Shown in pieces: positions 48,517-58,832 of a stretch of 64,000 bases of DNA. The notes beneath the pieces are model-generated. The model did not search any database, was not told the origin of the DNA, and saw nothing but the letters and a program-made list of their open reading frames with translations. Both the position numbers and the translations under genes were made by a program. How positions within the stretch are numbered: position 1 is the first letter of the stretch; each line of letters starts with the position of its first letter. Source of the stretch: Candidatus Methanomethylophilaceae archaeon (lineage in GTDB: Archaea; Thermoplasmatota; Thermoplasmata; Methanomassiliicoccales; Methanomethylophilaceae); contig JBMNHS010000001.1 of assembly GCA_050950505.1 (NCBI GenBank), positions 256,001-320,000 of the forward strand, written 5' to 3'.

Positions 48517-49704
48517 ATGCTTATAGGAATTGTAGGTAAGCCCAACGTGGGCAAATCAACTTTCTTCGGAGCCGCGACCATGGCTTCCGTGGAAATCGCC
48601 AATTATCCTTTCACGACCATAGAGCCCAACAAGGGTGTCGGATACGTCAGATCCGCCTGTCCCTGCAAGGAACTGGGTGTCGAGTGCACCCCTCACAACT
48701 CTTCCTGCAAAGACGGAGTCAGATGGATTCCGGTGGAACTTCTGGATGTTGCGGGATTGGTTCCCGACGCCTGGGACGGAAAAGGACTGGGAAACAAATT
48801 TCTTGACGATCTGAGACAGGCTGACGCTTTGATTAACGTAATAGACGTAAGCGGTTCCACCGACATCGAAGGAAACTCCGTCGACATAGGCACTCACGAC
48901 CCGGTGGAGGACATCACCTTCCTGCAGAAGGAAATCGACCGCTGGATGCTGGAAATCATCAAGAACGGTCTTTCCAGAATAGCAAGACAGGCGAAAATGC
49001 AGGGCACCAAGCCCGAAGTCGTGCTCGCCGACAGACTGGCCGGCCTGAAGGTGACGGAGGGTCAAATCAAAGAAGCAATCAAAGTCACCGAACTTTCCAC
49101 CGATCCTTCGACTTGGAGCGATGATATCCTGCTGCCCTTCTGTACCAGACTCAGGGAAATCGGCAGACCCATGATGGTTGCCATGAACAAATCCGACATC
49201 GCCCCCGCAAAATGCATTGACCGGGTGAAAGAATTCGCCGACCCGGGAGTTCCCACCATGGCGGAAACGGAATTGGCCCTCAAGAAGGCCGCGTCCGGAG
49301 GGCTGATAGATTACGAACCCGGCGACGAAACCTTCGCCGTGAAGGACGGGGTGCAGATAAACGAAGCCCAGAAGAAAGCTTTGGACTTCATGAAAGAAAA
49401 AATTTCCATGCACAAAGGCACCGGGGTTCAGGACTGTCTGGAAACCGCGGCCTTCGATCTGTTGGATCAAATCACCGTTTATCCCGTTGAGGATGAGAAC
49501 AAATTCACCGACCACTTCGGAAGGGTCCTTCCCGACGCTTTCCTGATGAAAAGAGGTTCCACCGCCAAAGATTTGGCTTACAGAGTCCACACCGACCTGG
49601 GGGATAAATTCATCAGAGGCGTGAACGCGAAAACCAAACGCACCGTCGGAGCGGACTACATCCTTCAGGACGGAGACGTCATCAGAATCGTGGCGGACAA
49701 GTGA
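48517..49704 (+). CDS. ychF: Obg-family ATPase/GTPase YchF
   Basis: 'GKPNVGKST', 'YPFTTI', 'DVAGLV', 'GLGNKFL', TGS domain. Confidence 0.93.
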   Translation: MLIGIVGKPNVGKSTFFGAATMASVEIANYPFTTIEPNKGVGYVRSACPCKELGVECTPHNSSCKDGVRWIPVELLDVAGLVPDAWDGKGLGNKFLDDLRQADALINVIDVSGSTDIEGNSVDIGTHDPVEDITFLQKEIDRWMLEIIKNGLSRIARQAKMQGTKPEVVLADRLAGLKVTEGQIKEAIKVTELSTDPSTWSDDILLPFCTRLREIGRPMMVAMNKSDIAPAKCIDRVKEFADPGVPTMAETELALKKAASGGLIDYEPGDETFAVKDGVQINEAQKKALDFMKEKISMHKGTGVQDCLETAAFDLLDQITVYPVEDENKFTDHFGRVLPDAFLMKRGSTAKDLAYRVHTDLGDKFIRGVNAKTKRTVGADYILQDGDVIRIVADK

Positions 49705-52124
49705 TGAAAATGAACAACTGGGACGTCAGACTTTTTGCCGCTTCCTACAAACAGGAAGGCGAAGAAATGGTTATGGAAATGTTCGGAAAAACCCGCGAGG
49801 GAAAATCCGTAACAATCCTGTCCCGGGGATTCAGACCTTACTTTTTCATCGTTGAACCGAACTCCGAAATAGAAGGATACCACAAACGGGATTCCGACGT
49901 TCTGTCCGTCGAACACGACGAGTTGCTTTTGGGGGGCGTCATGAAAAAGGTGCTGAAAGTCACCATCAAGTACCCTTACAAAATGACGGAATACAGAAAC
50001 CGGGTCAAAAGAGAAGGTTTCGAAGTTCTTTCCGCGGATATTCCCTTCCACCTCAGATTCATTTACGATTTGGATCTGGGAGCCTGTCTCAAAGTCATCG
50101 GAAAAGAAATCAAAGGGGAATACTGCACCGATCTTACCGTCGAAATGGAAAGCCATGAAGATTTGGAGCCTTTCACGCCCCCTCTCAAAATAATGTCTTT
50201 CGATTTGGAAAACAGCGTGGAACACGATTATCTTTACTGTATCTGCGCGGTGATTTCCGAGGGGGATGAGCTCCGGGAGTGCAAACCGATCACGGGGACC
50301 GAAAAGGAAATCATAACCGAATTCGGAGAACTGATACGTTCCGAAGATCCCGACGTGATAACGGGATACAACATAGACAATTACGACATAAGGAAAATCA
50401 AGGAACGCGCGGACGCCATAAAGTTCGCCGATGGGATGCCTTGGGGGCGCGACGGCAGTCAGCCCCGCCTGATAAGCGACCGATTCTGGAGAATAAAAGG
50501 ACGGTTGGTGATTGATGCCTGGTGGGCGGTCAAACGCGAGATAAGGCCCAAACAGGAAACCCTCAACGCGGTTTCCATGCAACTCTTCGGTGAAGGGAAA
50601 CTTGACGTGGACCCCGCCGACATGGACCGTCAATGGAAGGAAAACCGGGAAGGTGTCATAAAATACTGCATGAAAGACGCGGAATTGGCATACCGCATTC
50701 TGGACGAAATAGAGTCCGTGCGCAAAAACATGGATCTTGCCGCGGTTTCCAAACTTCCGGTCGAGGACGTTCTGACTTCGGGTTCGTCGCAGCTTGCAGA
50801 TTCTTTGGTCATACGTCTGGCCGACCGAAGCAAAGTCGCCGTCCCCAACATGGGAGGGCGGAGGGCGGGAGCGGATCAGATCGAAGGCGGTTACGTGCAC
50901 ACCATGAAACCCGGTCTGTATCACTGGGTGGTGGTTCTGGACTTCAAATCCATGTATCCTTCCCTGATTATTTCCAAGAACATATGTTTCACCACTCTGT
51001 CCGAGGACGGGGAAATAATAAGTCCCTCCGGCGCAAGATTCATGTCCAAAGAGAGAAGGGAAGGTCTGCTGCCCGCAATTCTTTCGGACCTCATGAACTA
51101 CAGGGACAGCATAAAAAACTCGATGAAACTCGCACATGACGATCACGAGTACCAGTACCTCAACGGTCTGCAGGAAGCCGTGAAAATCCTGATGAACACG
51201 TTCTACGGGGTGTTCGCTTCCTCATTCTACAGATTTACCAACAAGAACATCGGGGCCGCGATAACAGCCTTCGCGAGAGGAAACGTGAAGGGAATAATCA
51301 GTGAAGCCGAAGCCGACGGGATAGACGTAATTTATTCCGATACCGACTCGGTGTTCGTACAGTCTCCCGAGAACAACCTGGAAGGTTCCGTGAAATTCGG
51401 AATGTCGTTGGCGGAACGGTTCTCCACCGACGAAGGCGTTCTGGAATTTGAAAAACTCATCGAACCCCTGTTCTCCCACGGAAAGAAGAAACGTTACGTG
51501 GGGCGGGTCGTGTGGCCGGTCAAAGAAGAGGATCTTCTGGTCAGGGGCTACGAAATACGCCGTTCGGATTCTTTCGACCTGCAGAGCGAACTGTTGGAAG
51601 AACTGTTCGAGAAAATTCTTGACGAAGACAACGAAGGTGCCGTGGCTTACGTGAGGAAAACCGTACAGAACACCCTGAACGGCGAGGTGGATCCGAAAGA
51701 GCTGGTGATTTCCAGAACCTGCAAAGGAATGGACGCTTATGTGAATCCCGAAAGGATGGCCAACGTGCAGGCGGCCCGCAAAATGGTCAAACTCGGATAC
51801 GACTTCATTCCGGGAATGAAGGTTTCGTGGATCGTCACCGACGGTTCCGTCGTCCCCCAGAAGGTCGAGCCTTTCATCAGCGGCAAAAAATTTGAACACC
51901 GGCCGGACTACAGATACTACGCCGGAAGACTGGCGCAAACGGCGTCCAGGATCACGGAAGTCTTCGGATGGACCGAAAAGGACCTTATGCTGGGAAGCCG
52001 GCAGTTTACTTTCGACATGGATTTCGATTCCGACGATTCACCCGAGGAAGATGGAAAACAGATCGAAGTCAAAAAGAAAGGTCCCAAAAAAATCAAAGGG
52101 ACCAGTCTGAAAGACTTCTTCTGA
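49701..52124 (+). CDS. polB: family B DNA polymerase (no intein)
   Basis: Exo 'FDLE', 'YNIDNYD', 'YCMKD'; pol 'DFKSMYPS', 'KILMNTFYG', 'YSDTDS'; C-terminal PIP-like 'TSLKDFF'. Confidence 0.96.
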   Translation: MMKMNNWDVRLFAASYKQEGEEMVMEMFGKTREGKSVTILSRGFRPYFFIVEPNSEIEGYHKRDSDVLSVEHDELLLGGVMKKVLKVTIKYPYKMTEYRNRVKREGFEVLSADIPFHLRFIYDLDLGACLKVIGKEIKGEYCTDLTVEMESHEDLEPFTPPLKIMSFDLENSVEHDYLYCICAVISEGDELRECKPITGTEKEIITEFGELIRSEDPDVITGYNIDNYDIRKIKERADAIKFADGMPWGRDGSQPRLISDRFWRIKGRLVIDAWWAVKREIRPKQETLNAVSMQLFGEGKLDVDPADMDRQWKENREGVIKYCMKDAELAYRILDEIESVRKNMDLAAVSKLPVEDVLTSGSSQLADSLVIRLADRSKVAVPNMGGRRAGADQIEGGYVHTMKPGLYHWVVVLDFKSMYPSLIISKNICFTTLSEDGEIISPSGARFMSKERREGLLPAILSDLMNYRDSIKNSMKLAHDDHEYQYLNGLQEAVKILMNTFYGVFASSFYRFTNKNIGAAITAFARGNVKGIISEAEADGIDVIYSDTDSVFVQSPENNLEGSVKFGMSLAERFSTDEGVLEFEKLIEPLFSHGKKKRYVGRVVWPVKEEDLLVRGYEIRRSDSFDLQSELLEELFEKILDEDNEGAVAYVRKTVQNTLNGEVDPKELVISRTCKGMDAYVNPERMANVQAARKMVKLGYDFIPGMKVSWIVTDGSVVPQKVEPFISGKKFEHRPDYRYYAGRLAQTASRITEVFGWTEKDLMLGSRQFTFDMDFDSDDSPEEDGKQIEVKKKGPKKIKGTSLKDFF

Positions 52125-52143
52125 TGTTTAAATGAAGGGCGTA

Positions 52144-52503
52144 TCAGAACAGCACGTAGACCGCAAAGAACGCCGCGGACAGCAACACCGCCGCCATGCA
52201 CAGCATCATACGGAGCAGATAGTTTCCTTCAAGGTTCCGTTGAACGTACGCTACGGACACTCCCCGGATTCCCGCGATGAGGCCCAAAGCCGGAACGAAT
52301 ATCCCTATGGGGTCGTCAATCAGACCCGCATACATCCCGAAAAAGGAAAAACCCGCACCCACCAATATTCCGAACATACCTAAGAAATAAGGTTCCGGAG
52401 ATGCTTTTGCGTCGTCTTTCGTTGCGGTGTGATCGACACCGCAGGCAGGACAGACGAGAGCATTTTCCGGCACTTCAAAGCCACAATGGGCACAGTTCGG
52501 CAT
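52144..52503 (-). CDS. zinc-ribbon membrane protein
   Basis: N-terminal CxxC..CxxC followed by three TM segments. Confidence 0.75.
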   Translation of the reverse strand: MPNCAHCGFEVPENALVCPACGVDHTATKDDAKASPEPYFLGMFGILVGAGFSFFGMYAGLIDDPIGIFVPALGLIAGIRGVSVAYVQRNLEGNYLLRMMLCMAAVLLSAAFFAVYVLF

Positions 52504-52657
52504 GAGGTATGAATTTTGTAATAGAGATAAAATGATTTGTAATGAAAAACCGCATAGTCAATGATTAAATACTGAACCACAATCAGGACAGATACGGAGC
52601 ATTATAGGCTCTGCGGAAATGTGCCCGTAACAAGGTGAATCCGGAATGGTGATACAA

Positions 52658-53317
52658 ATGGAAAACAACACCCAGGAAAATGCACGTCCCGTTAACGGTA
52701 AAAGCATGTACAGCTACATCGGAGACGCATGGAACGTGCCCGATAAATCTTATGTGAAAGACCTGAACCGCGAGAGAAAGATTCTTTGGAGAAGGGAAGA
52801 GAACTTCATCAGGATCGAAAGGCCCACCCGTTTGGACCGGGCGAGAGCTCTCGGATACAAGGCAAAACAGGGTTATGTCGTCGTAAGGGCCCGTGTCAGA
52901 AAGGGCAGTCTAGGAAAAAGAACCATCAAGGCCGGAAGAAGGGCCAAAAGAAAGGGTATTAACAAAATTACCGCAGGCAAGAGCCTTCAGCGCATGGCTG
53001 AAGAGAGAACTGCGAAGAGATACCCCAACATGGAGGTTCTGAACTCTTATTGGGTCGGTGCCGACGGACAGCACGAATGGTATGAGGTCATCCTGGTGGA
53101 TCCCGCACACCCCGTCATCAAAGCCGACAACAAGATCAACTGGATTTGCGACAACACCAGCAAAGGCCGTGTTTACCGCGGAAAGACTTCCGCAGGCACC
53201 AAGGGCCGCGGAATGAGGCACACCGGAAAGGGAGCTGAAAAGGCCAGACCCTCGGTCAGGGCCAACAAACGCGGCAACAGTGAAAAACAGCGCCTCAAGG
53301 ACCCGAAGAGACACTGA
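52658..53317 (+). CDS. rpl15e: 50S ribosomal protein L15e
   Basis: '[18 protein letters not shown]', 'EVLNSYWV', 'EVILVDP'. Confidence 0.97.
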   Translation: MENNTQENARPVNGKSMYSYIGDAWNVPDKSYVKDLNRERKILWRREENFIRIERPTRLDRARALGYKAKQGYVVVRARVRKGSLGKRTIKAGRRAKRKGINKITAGKSLQRMAEERTAKRYPNMEVLNSYWVGADGQHEWYEVILVDPAHPVIKADNKINWICDNTSKGRVYRGKTSAGTKGRGMRHTGKGAEKARPSVRANKRGNSEKQRLKDPKRH

Positions 53318-53352
53318 TACGGAACCTCCGTTCCGTTTTAAACCCTTTAACT

Positions 53353-54195
53353 TTATTTTACTTCATTTTTCAGAATGTCCGTCATTTCTTTCACTTTGGA
53401 ATCTGACATTCCTATGGTCGGAAAATAAACCGGCAGGTCGTAATCGGTCACGTTCACGTTTTTGAGATCTTTGAGCGAAGTTCCCAGTACGTAACCCAAC
53501 GCATTGGGCTCTTCTTCGTCCTCTTCGATGAATCTCATATCCGGGTCGTAATGTGCCAGTATTCCGGTTTCATCGTTCCCTTTGGCAATTACCCTGCAAC
53601 CTCTTTTCATCATGAGCCATGCGGACAAGGCGTCACGGTCGTTGCCCACCAGTGCAATTACCCGTCCTTGGGTTCCCACGGGAAGACCTCCGTGGCCTCT
53701 TATGTACTCGTCAAAAACGAAGGCTTTGTTTTCCCTGACCTCGATGAAGAAAACCTTGTCGGGATCCGTCAGGTCAACCCTTACGTTCAGATGTTCGTTG
53801 GCCCGGTAAATCGCCGAGCCGGCTTCGCGTCCGACATCCGTGCTGCGGTAAGGATGCGTTCCCTCCCGTCTTGGTTTTACGGCAAAAGACTCGCCCTCGG
53901 ACAGACGGCCTTCGGAATACTTTGCGGCCGTTCCGCAGATGTCTTCCATTGACGACGAAGTGACTTCGGCGACGGAAAGAGAACCTATTCCGAAAACTTT
54001 CTTCAGGGATTTTATCGTTCCTTCGGTGTCCGAGGTTCTGACGTAAAAACGGGTGTCGCCTCTGTCGATGAGAGCTTCGACACCGTCAGCAGCCAACATG
54101 GACAGCATGGAATCTCTGAGCTGATTCTCATATCTTGTTCTGACCGGGGTACTCTTGAGACCGATCTCCGAATACCTCACCATTATGACGGACAC
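53353..54195 (-). CDS. THUMP-domain ThiI-like protein lacking intact PP-loop
   Basis: 'VRYSEIGLKS', 'VFGI', 'VDLTDPD', 'GGLPVGTQG', 'MMKRG'; SGGxDS is absent; start at GTG 54195. Confidence 0.85.
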   Translation of the reverse strand: MSVIMVRYSEIGLKSTPVRTRYENQLRDSMLSMLAADGVEALIDRGDTRFYVRTSDTEGTIKSLKKVFGIGSLSVAEVTSSSMEDICGTAAKYSEGRLSEGESFAVKPRREGTHPYRSTDVGREAGSAIYRANEHLNVRVDLTDPDKVFFIEVRENKAFVFDEYIRGHGGLPVGTQGRVIALVGNDRDALSAWLMMKRGCRVIAKGNDETGILAHYDPDMRFIEEDEEEPNALGYVLGTSLKDLKNVNVTDYDLPVYFPTIGMSDSKVKEMTDILKNEVK

Positions 54196-54268
54196 GGAGT
54201 CTGCTAGACGAAATCCGATAATAACACTTTGCCACACTCTTAATATGGAATCGTCCATCACGGAGCAC

Positions 54269-55090
54269 ATGGACCCGGTATTGTTGATTGCCCTCGTGTT
54301 CGTGGGGCTGTTTGCAGGAATCATGGGGGCCTTGTTCGGCATCGGGGGCGGAATGATCATCGTGCCGATTCTGACAATCGGACTCGGTATGGCCGCAAAG
54401 GATGCGGCGGCGATAAGTCTGGTGGGAATCGTCGCAACCTCCGTCGGCGCGTCTTCGGTTTACGTGGGGCGGGGAATTTCCAACATAAGATTGGGCCTTT
54501 TCATGGAAATCGGTACGGTTATCGGGGCCATCGTCGGTGTTTTCATTGCGATTTACATCAGCAACTTTGTTCTGACGATTGTGTTTTCTGCCGTTACGGT
54601 TTATGCCGGATACAGAATGCTCGCCGAACCGGAAAAGAAAGTGATGCCGACGGATGACCAGGGAAAATATAATATGAAATATTTTGATGAAACCGATAAG
54701 AAATACGTCGGATACAACGTCCGCAATCTCGGAAAGGGCGCCGCGATTTCCTCTGTCGCGGGAGTCATCGCATCCATGACCGGAATGGGCGGAGGAACGA
54801 TCAAAGTGCCCGTGATGAACATGTACATGGGAGTTCCGATGAAAGTGGCCACCGCCACCAGCAATTACATGATAGGAATCACCGCCTTTGCAGGCGCGAT
54901 TCTGTACTTCATCCTGGGCGAAATCGATCTCATGTTCGCCGGAACCGTCGCCGTCGGAGGATTCATAGGTTCAATGATCGGCACGAGAATATCCCCTCAC
55001 ATCGACGGAAAAGCTTTGAGAAAATATTTCGCCGTATTGTTGTTCGTCGTCGCGGTAATCATGGTACTCAATGCGGGAGGTTGTCTGTGA
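54269..55090 (+). CDS. sulfite exporter TauE/SafE family membrane protein
   Basis: 'GALFGIGGG', 'GMGGG', 'PMKVATATS'. Confidence 0.9.
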   Translation: MDPVLLIALVFVGLFAGIMGALFGIGGGMIIVPILTIGLGMAAKDAAAISLVGIVATSVGASSVYVGRGISNIRLGLFMEIGTVIGAIVGVFIAIYISNFVLTIVFSAVTVYAGYRMLAEPEKKVMPTDDQGKYNMKYFDETDKKYVGYNVRNLGKGAAISSVAGVIASMTGMGGGTIKVPVMNMYMGVPMKVATATSNYMIGITAFAGAILYFILGEIDLMFAGTVAVGGFIGSMIGTRISPHIDGKALRKYFAVLLFVVAVIMVLNAGGCL

Positions 55091-55362
55091 TGGATCTTTA
55101 CAAAGCGACATCGAAAACCCTTTGGGGAGGCGCGGTGCTGGGTATTGCCATTACCGCAATCGGATTGATGGTGAACATGTTGGGTCACGGCGAAGGAGTC
55201 CTGTGGGCGGGATTGCTGATTTTGATACTGTCCCCGATCATCGGAGTCATGGTAAGCGCCGTTTTTCTCCTGTTGGCCAAAGACTATGCCTGGGCGTCGG
55301 TTGCTTTGATTCTGATTGCGATGACCGCGGTATCGATTATGTTGACGATGTATCTCAACTGA
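55090..55362 (+). CDS. small membrane protein (DUF1634-like TauE partner)
   Basis: Three TMs, 'GLLILILSP'; TGATG overlap with TauE gene. Confidence 0.7.
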   Translation: MDLYKATSKTLWGGAVLGIAITAIGLMVNMLGHGEGVLWAGLLILILSPIIGVMVSAVFLLLAKDYAWASVALILIAMTAVSIMLTMYLN

Positions 55363-55452
55363 GATGCCATAACGCGAACCGCGACATGTTCACCCTTTGT
55401 TGACCGAATCAAAAGTACCGGTAACCTGTTCTGAAAACTTTCCTAAAACCGA

Positions 55453-55540
55453 TGGTGCGGGGGATGGGATTTGAACCCACGAACGCCTACACGAATAGGC
55501 CCTGAACCTATCGCCTTTAGCCAGGCTCGGCAACCCCCGC
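55453..55540 (-). tRNA. tRNA-Leu(CAG), CCA encoded
   Basis: Anticodon arm ATAGG-TTCAGGG-CCTAT, long variable arm. Confidence 0.95.
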
Positions 55541-55635
55541 TTTCTTCGGTTCGGGAGTAACACTTAGTTGTATAAAAAGAAGTACGGCCGGACAGATATC
55601 CGACCTAAAAGCATTTCAGACTTTCAGGATCCCAA

Positions 55636-55872
55636 TCACATCGGGCAGGTTTGGTCGGCCTTCATGATCTTCATCCAGCCGCCGGACTCGTAAATAGCCA
55701 ATCCTCTTTCTTCGATTGCTTCTTCGAATTCATCCCAGGAGATAATCGAGAGCCGTTCGTTGTCGCCCTTGGTGAACTGAACGCCTTCGGTTCCCTTCAC
55801 GCGGCCGGGCTGTAAACCCTTGGCTCTAGCAATCATCTGTGCCTTTCCAAAATCTATTCTATCCATCGCCAT
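55636..55872 (-). CDS. small conserved hypothetical protein
   Basis: 78-aa ORF with own TATA-like upstream sequence; 'ISWDEF....ERGLA' motif. Confidence 0.7.
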   Translation of the reverse strand: MAMDRIDFGKAQMIARAKGLQPGRVKGTEGVQFTKGDNERLSIISWDEFEEAIEERGLAIYESGGWMKIMKADQTCPM

Positions 55873-56073
55873 TATTTTTCCCTTCTGAGATAAGCCAGAC
55901 TTACCCCGGCAGAAGAATCTATTTTAATAGTATATAAAGATTAGTTAAAATACCGAGTTATTTCCCATGCTGGCTCATTGAAACTGTCTGAAATCCGTCC
56001 AAAAGAACGGAGAGGCACAAAGGAACAAAGGACCCAACCTGACCCGATTCGGTTGCTTCTGACGGTACTTGCG

Positions 56074-56487
56074 TCATAAATCGAAGCAATCGTCCCGGGT
56101 GTCCGAAAAAATCTTAAGATTCATGACTTCCCCCCGGGAGTTGTAGGCTTTCCAGCTGTTTCTGTCGTAAGGCATACAGGAAATTATGTGAACCCCGCCC
56201 CGGTTGGAAAAATATGACAGGTCTTCCGGAGACGGCCGGTTGGAATATCCGGGATGGGAATGCATCGTCCCCACCAAACTGAAATCCACCGGCGCCATCC
56301 AATCGTTCAGGAAACTGTGGGAATCCCCGTATACCGTGCCCGGGATCAGAACCATCTCCGAAAGTATTCCGTCGTCTTCCCGGATCATACAGAGAAATTC
56401 CTCCGGATGGACGGAACGGGCGGCTTCGTTCAACGCATCTATCAGTTCGATGTATATCCCGCGGATTTTCTTTTTGCCGCCGATCAT
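56074..56487 (-). CDS. JAMM/MPN+ metalloprotease, typical archaeal (JAMM1-like)
   Basis: 'HPEEF', 'GTMHSHPG..RPSPEDL'; ATGA overlap with NAD kinase; start at ATG 56487. Confidence 0.88.
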   Translation of the reverse strand: MIGGKKKIRGIYIELIDALNEAARSVHPEEFLCMIREDDGILSEMVLIPGTVYGDSHSFLNDWMAPVDFSLVGTMHSHPGYSNRPSPEDLSYFSNRGGVHIISCMPYDRNSWKAYNSRGEVMNLKIFSDTRDDCFDL

Positions 56488-58100
56488 ATGGCATTCACCA
56501 ATTTGTCTCTCACGTGGGAATAGAAGTCCTTGTCGAGTTTGATGAATCTTGCATAATCTTCCGCTTTGGTGAACTCCACGTGGGTCTCGCCGTCCATTTT
56601 GTATTCGTGCTGACCGTCGATCACAATCAGGCAGCCTTTGTCCATCACCGCTTCGACGGTTATCTTTGCCGTCGACGGAACCACGAAGGGCCTTGACGCG
56701 AATTTGAAAGCCGCCATGGGCACAATCAGGAAAGCTTCCACGTTGGGGTCCGTGATCGGAGCGCCCAGACTCATCGCGTAACATGTGGAGCCGGTGGTGG
56801 TTGACACGATTACCCCGTCGGCTCTGACTTCGGTGGCCAAATGCTCGTTCACATAAATTCTGAACTGCCTTATCTTCGCGACGGAATCCGTATGGATGAC
56901 GGTTTCGTTCACGGCTTCGGCGAGATATTCGTTGTTGTACCAAGTTCTGAGCTTGGATCTTTTTTCAACCGTGTATTCCCCCCGTCTTATTCTTGCGATG
57001 GATTCTTCGATCTCATCCGGCTCTATTTCGGCAAGGAAGCCCACGCCGCCGGCGTTTATGCCGATGACCGCCGCTTCGGTGTGTTGGAACGCCCTGAGTA
57101 TAGTTCCGTCACCCCCCACGACAAGGACTATGTCCGCCTCTATATCGTCCAAAGGCACCCCTTCGGTTCCCATGAGTTTTGCGGCGGAAGTGTCCAGTGT
57201 GACGTTTTCCCCTTTCAGGGCCTCATAGGCCCTCCGAACATACTCTTCCGCGTTTTCCACGAATTCGTTCGCGTATATCGCAAAACGGGCGGAACCGTGT
57301 TCCTTGATGTACGGCCTCATGACGTGATCGTAAACTTCTTTTCCCGAACATGCCACAAAACTTGCGTGTGACCTGTTGTCAAGAGGCATATCCAAGGGGT
57401 TTCCCCCCAGATCGTAAACTTCGCCGCCGGCCTCCCTCAGAATCAATGCGCTGGCGGCAATATCCACCGCCCTGACCCCCCGGCTGTACCTCACGGTGTT
57501 CATGTAATACAGATCCGCGTTGCCCATGGCGAGAAGAGCCATTTCCAGGGAAGCGCATCCCATTGAACGGGAGGTCTTCACGTTTTTGGCCATGCGGAAG
57601 GCTTCGTCCGGCGCGGCGTTCCCCATATAGATCATGGCGAACAGATTTGCCAGATCCGGTTCCCTGACGTGTATTTTCCTTCCGTTGTAGTACGCACCTT
57701 TTCCTCTGAATGCCCAGAATTCGTCTCCGGTGGCCAAATTCCTAAGAAACGCGGTGTGTATTCCGCAAATCGAATCTTTTCCCACAGCCATGGAAACGGA
57801 ATAGAAAGGAATTTCCGCAGCGGAATTGTTGGTTCCGTCAATCGGATCGAGAACCAGTATTTCGGTCCCGCCGTTGTCGACGAAGCCGATTTCTTCACTG
57901 AGGACGTTTATCCTGAGTCCTTCGGACTCTATGAACTTCAACACCGCATTTTCCGCGACTTTGTCTATTTCTGAAGTCGGCGTACCGTCATCGCCGATGC
58001 AAATCTCGTTGCCGCGGTCACAGGGGGAAGGTATCAGCGATACCGCTTCCTGCACAACGTCGGCAATCCGTCGGAGGGTGTTCAAATCCATACATCCCAA
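56484..58100 (-). CDS. bifunctional NADP phosphatase (inositol monophosphatase-like)/NAD kinase
   Basis: 'SEE', 'LDPIDGT' N-terminal; 'GGDGT', 'AVNE', 'DGVIVSTTTGSTCYAMSLG' C-terminal. Confidence 0.93.
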   Translation of the reverse strand: MGCMDLNTLRRIADVVQEAVSLIPSPCDRGNEICIGDDGTPTSEIDKVAENAVLKFIESEGLRINVLSEEIGFVDNGGTEILVLDPIDGTNNSAAEIPFYSVSMAVGKDSICGIHTAFLRNLATGDEFWAFRGKGAYYNGRKIHVREPDLANLFAMIYMGNAAPDEAFRMAKNVKTSRSMGCASLEMALLAMGNADLYYMNTVRYSRGVRAVDIAASALILREAGGEVYDLGGNPLDMPLDNRSHASFVACSGKEVYDHVMRPYIKEHGSARFAIYANEFVENAEEYVRRAYEALKGENVTLDTSAAKLMGTEGVPLDDIEADIVLVVGGDGTILRAFQHTEAAVIGINAGGVGFLAEIEPDEIEESIARIRRGEYTVEKRSKLRTWYNNEYLAEAVNETVIHTDSVAKIRQFRIYVNEHLATEVRADGVIVSTTTGSTCYAMSLGAPITDPNVEAFLIVPMAAFKFASRPFVVPSTAKITVEAVMDKGCLIVIDGQHEYKMDGETHVEFTKAEDYARFIKLDKDFYSHVRDKLVNAI

Positions 58101-58174
58101 TGTAACTGATTCCCTATTTAGGTTTTGTAGAATTTCAGACAGGTATTATTAGAAGAACCCGGATAAAGCAGAGT

Positions 58175-58828
58175 ATGGAACCGCTGAAGGATTTTCCCGG
58201 GGTTTACGTCAGGGAAAACTCTCTGTATACCCTGTCCGCTAATCCGGGCGTCCGCGTTTACGGGGAACGTATACTGTCCCACGGGGGAAACGAATACAGA
58301 GAGTGGTCTCCGAGACGCAGCAAACTTTCCGCCTACCTCACGTTGGACGGGGATTGTTTTCCTTTCAAGAAAGACAGCAAAGTGCTGTATCTCGGAGCTT
58401 CGGGGGGAACCACGGCTTCCCATGTCGCGGACATCTGTTCCGAAGGTTCCGTGATTTGCGTGGAATTCTCGCCGAGAATGTTCAGGGATCTGGTAACCGT
58501 CTGCGAAGGGCGGAAAAACATGATTCCGCTGTTGGGGGACGCCACCCGTCCTGAGGATTACATGTTCGTGTCCGAAGGCGCCGACATCGTTTACCAGGAC
58601 GTTGCTCAGAAAGGACAGGCGGGAATCATTTCCGACAATATGGAAAAATCAAATGCGAAATACGGAATGGTCGCGATAAAATCCAGATCCGAGGACGTCA
58701 CGGCAGATCCGGCGGAAGTGTTCGGCAGATCCGAAAAATACCTGAAAAACAAAGGATACAGGATTTTGGACAACCGGTCTCTGGAGCCTTTTGAAAAGGA
58801 CCATTCCATGATTGTGTTCGGAGTGTGA
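58175..58828 (+). CDS. flpA: fibrillarin-like rRNA/tRNA 2'-O-methyltransferase
   Basis: 'VYGE', 'REWSPRRSKL', 'LYLGA..GTT.SHVAD', 'QDVAQ'. Confidence 0.96.
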   Translation: MEPLKDFPGVYVRENSLYTLSANPGVRVYGERILSHGGNEYREWSPRRSKLSAYLTLDGDCFPFKKDSKVLYLGASGGTTASHVADICSEGSVICVEFSPRMFRDLVTVCEGRKNMIPLLGDATRPEDYMFVSEGADIVYQDVAQKGQAGIISDNMEKSNAKYGMVAIKSRSEDVTADPAEVFGRSEKYLKNKGYRILDNRSLEPFEKDHSMIVFGV

Positions 58829-58832
58829 CATT

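Noticed and set aside
49701-52124. Intein or inactivation in PolB
   Set aside because: Length is normal and all exonuclease and polymerase motifs are intact.
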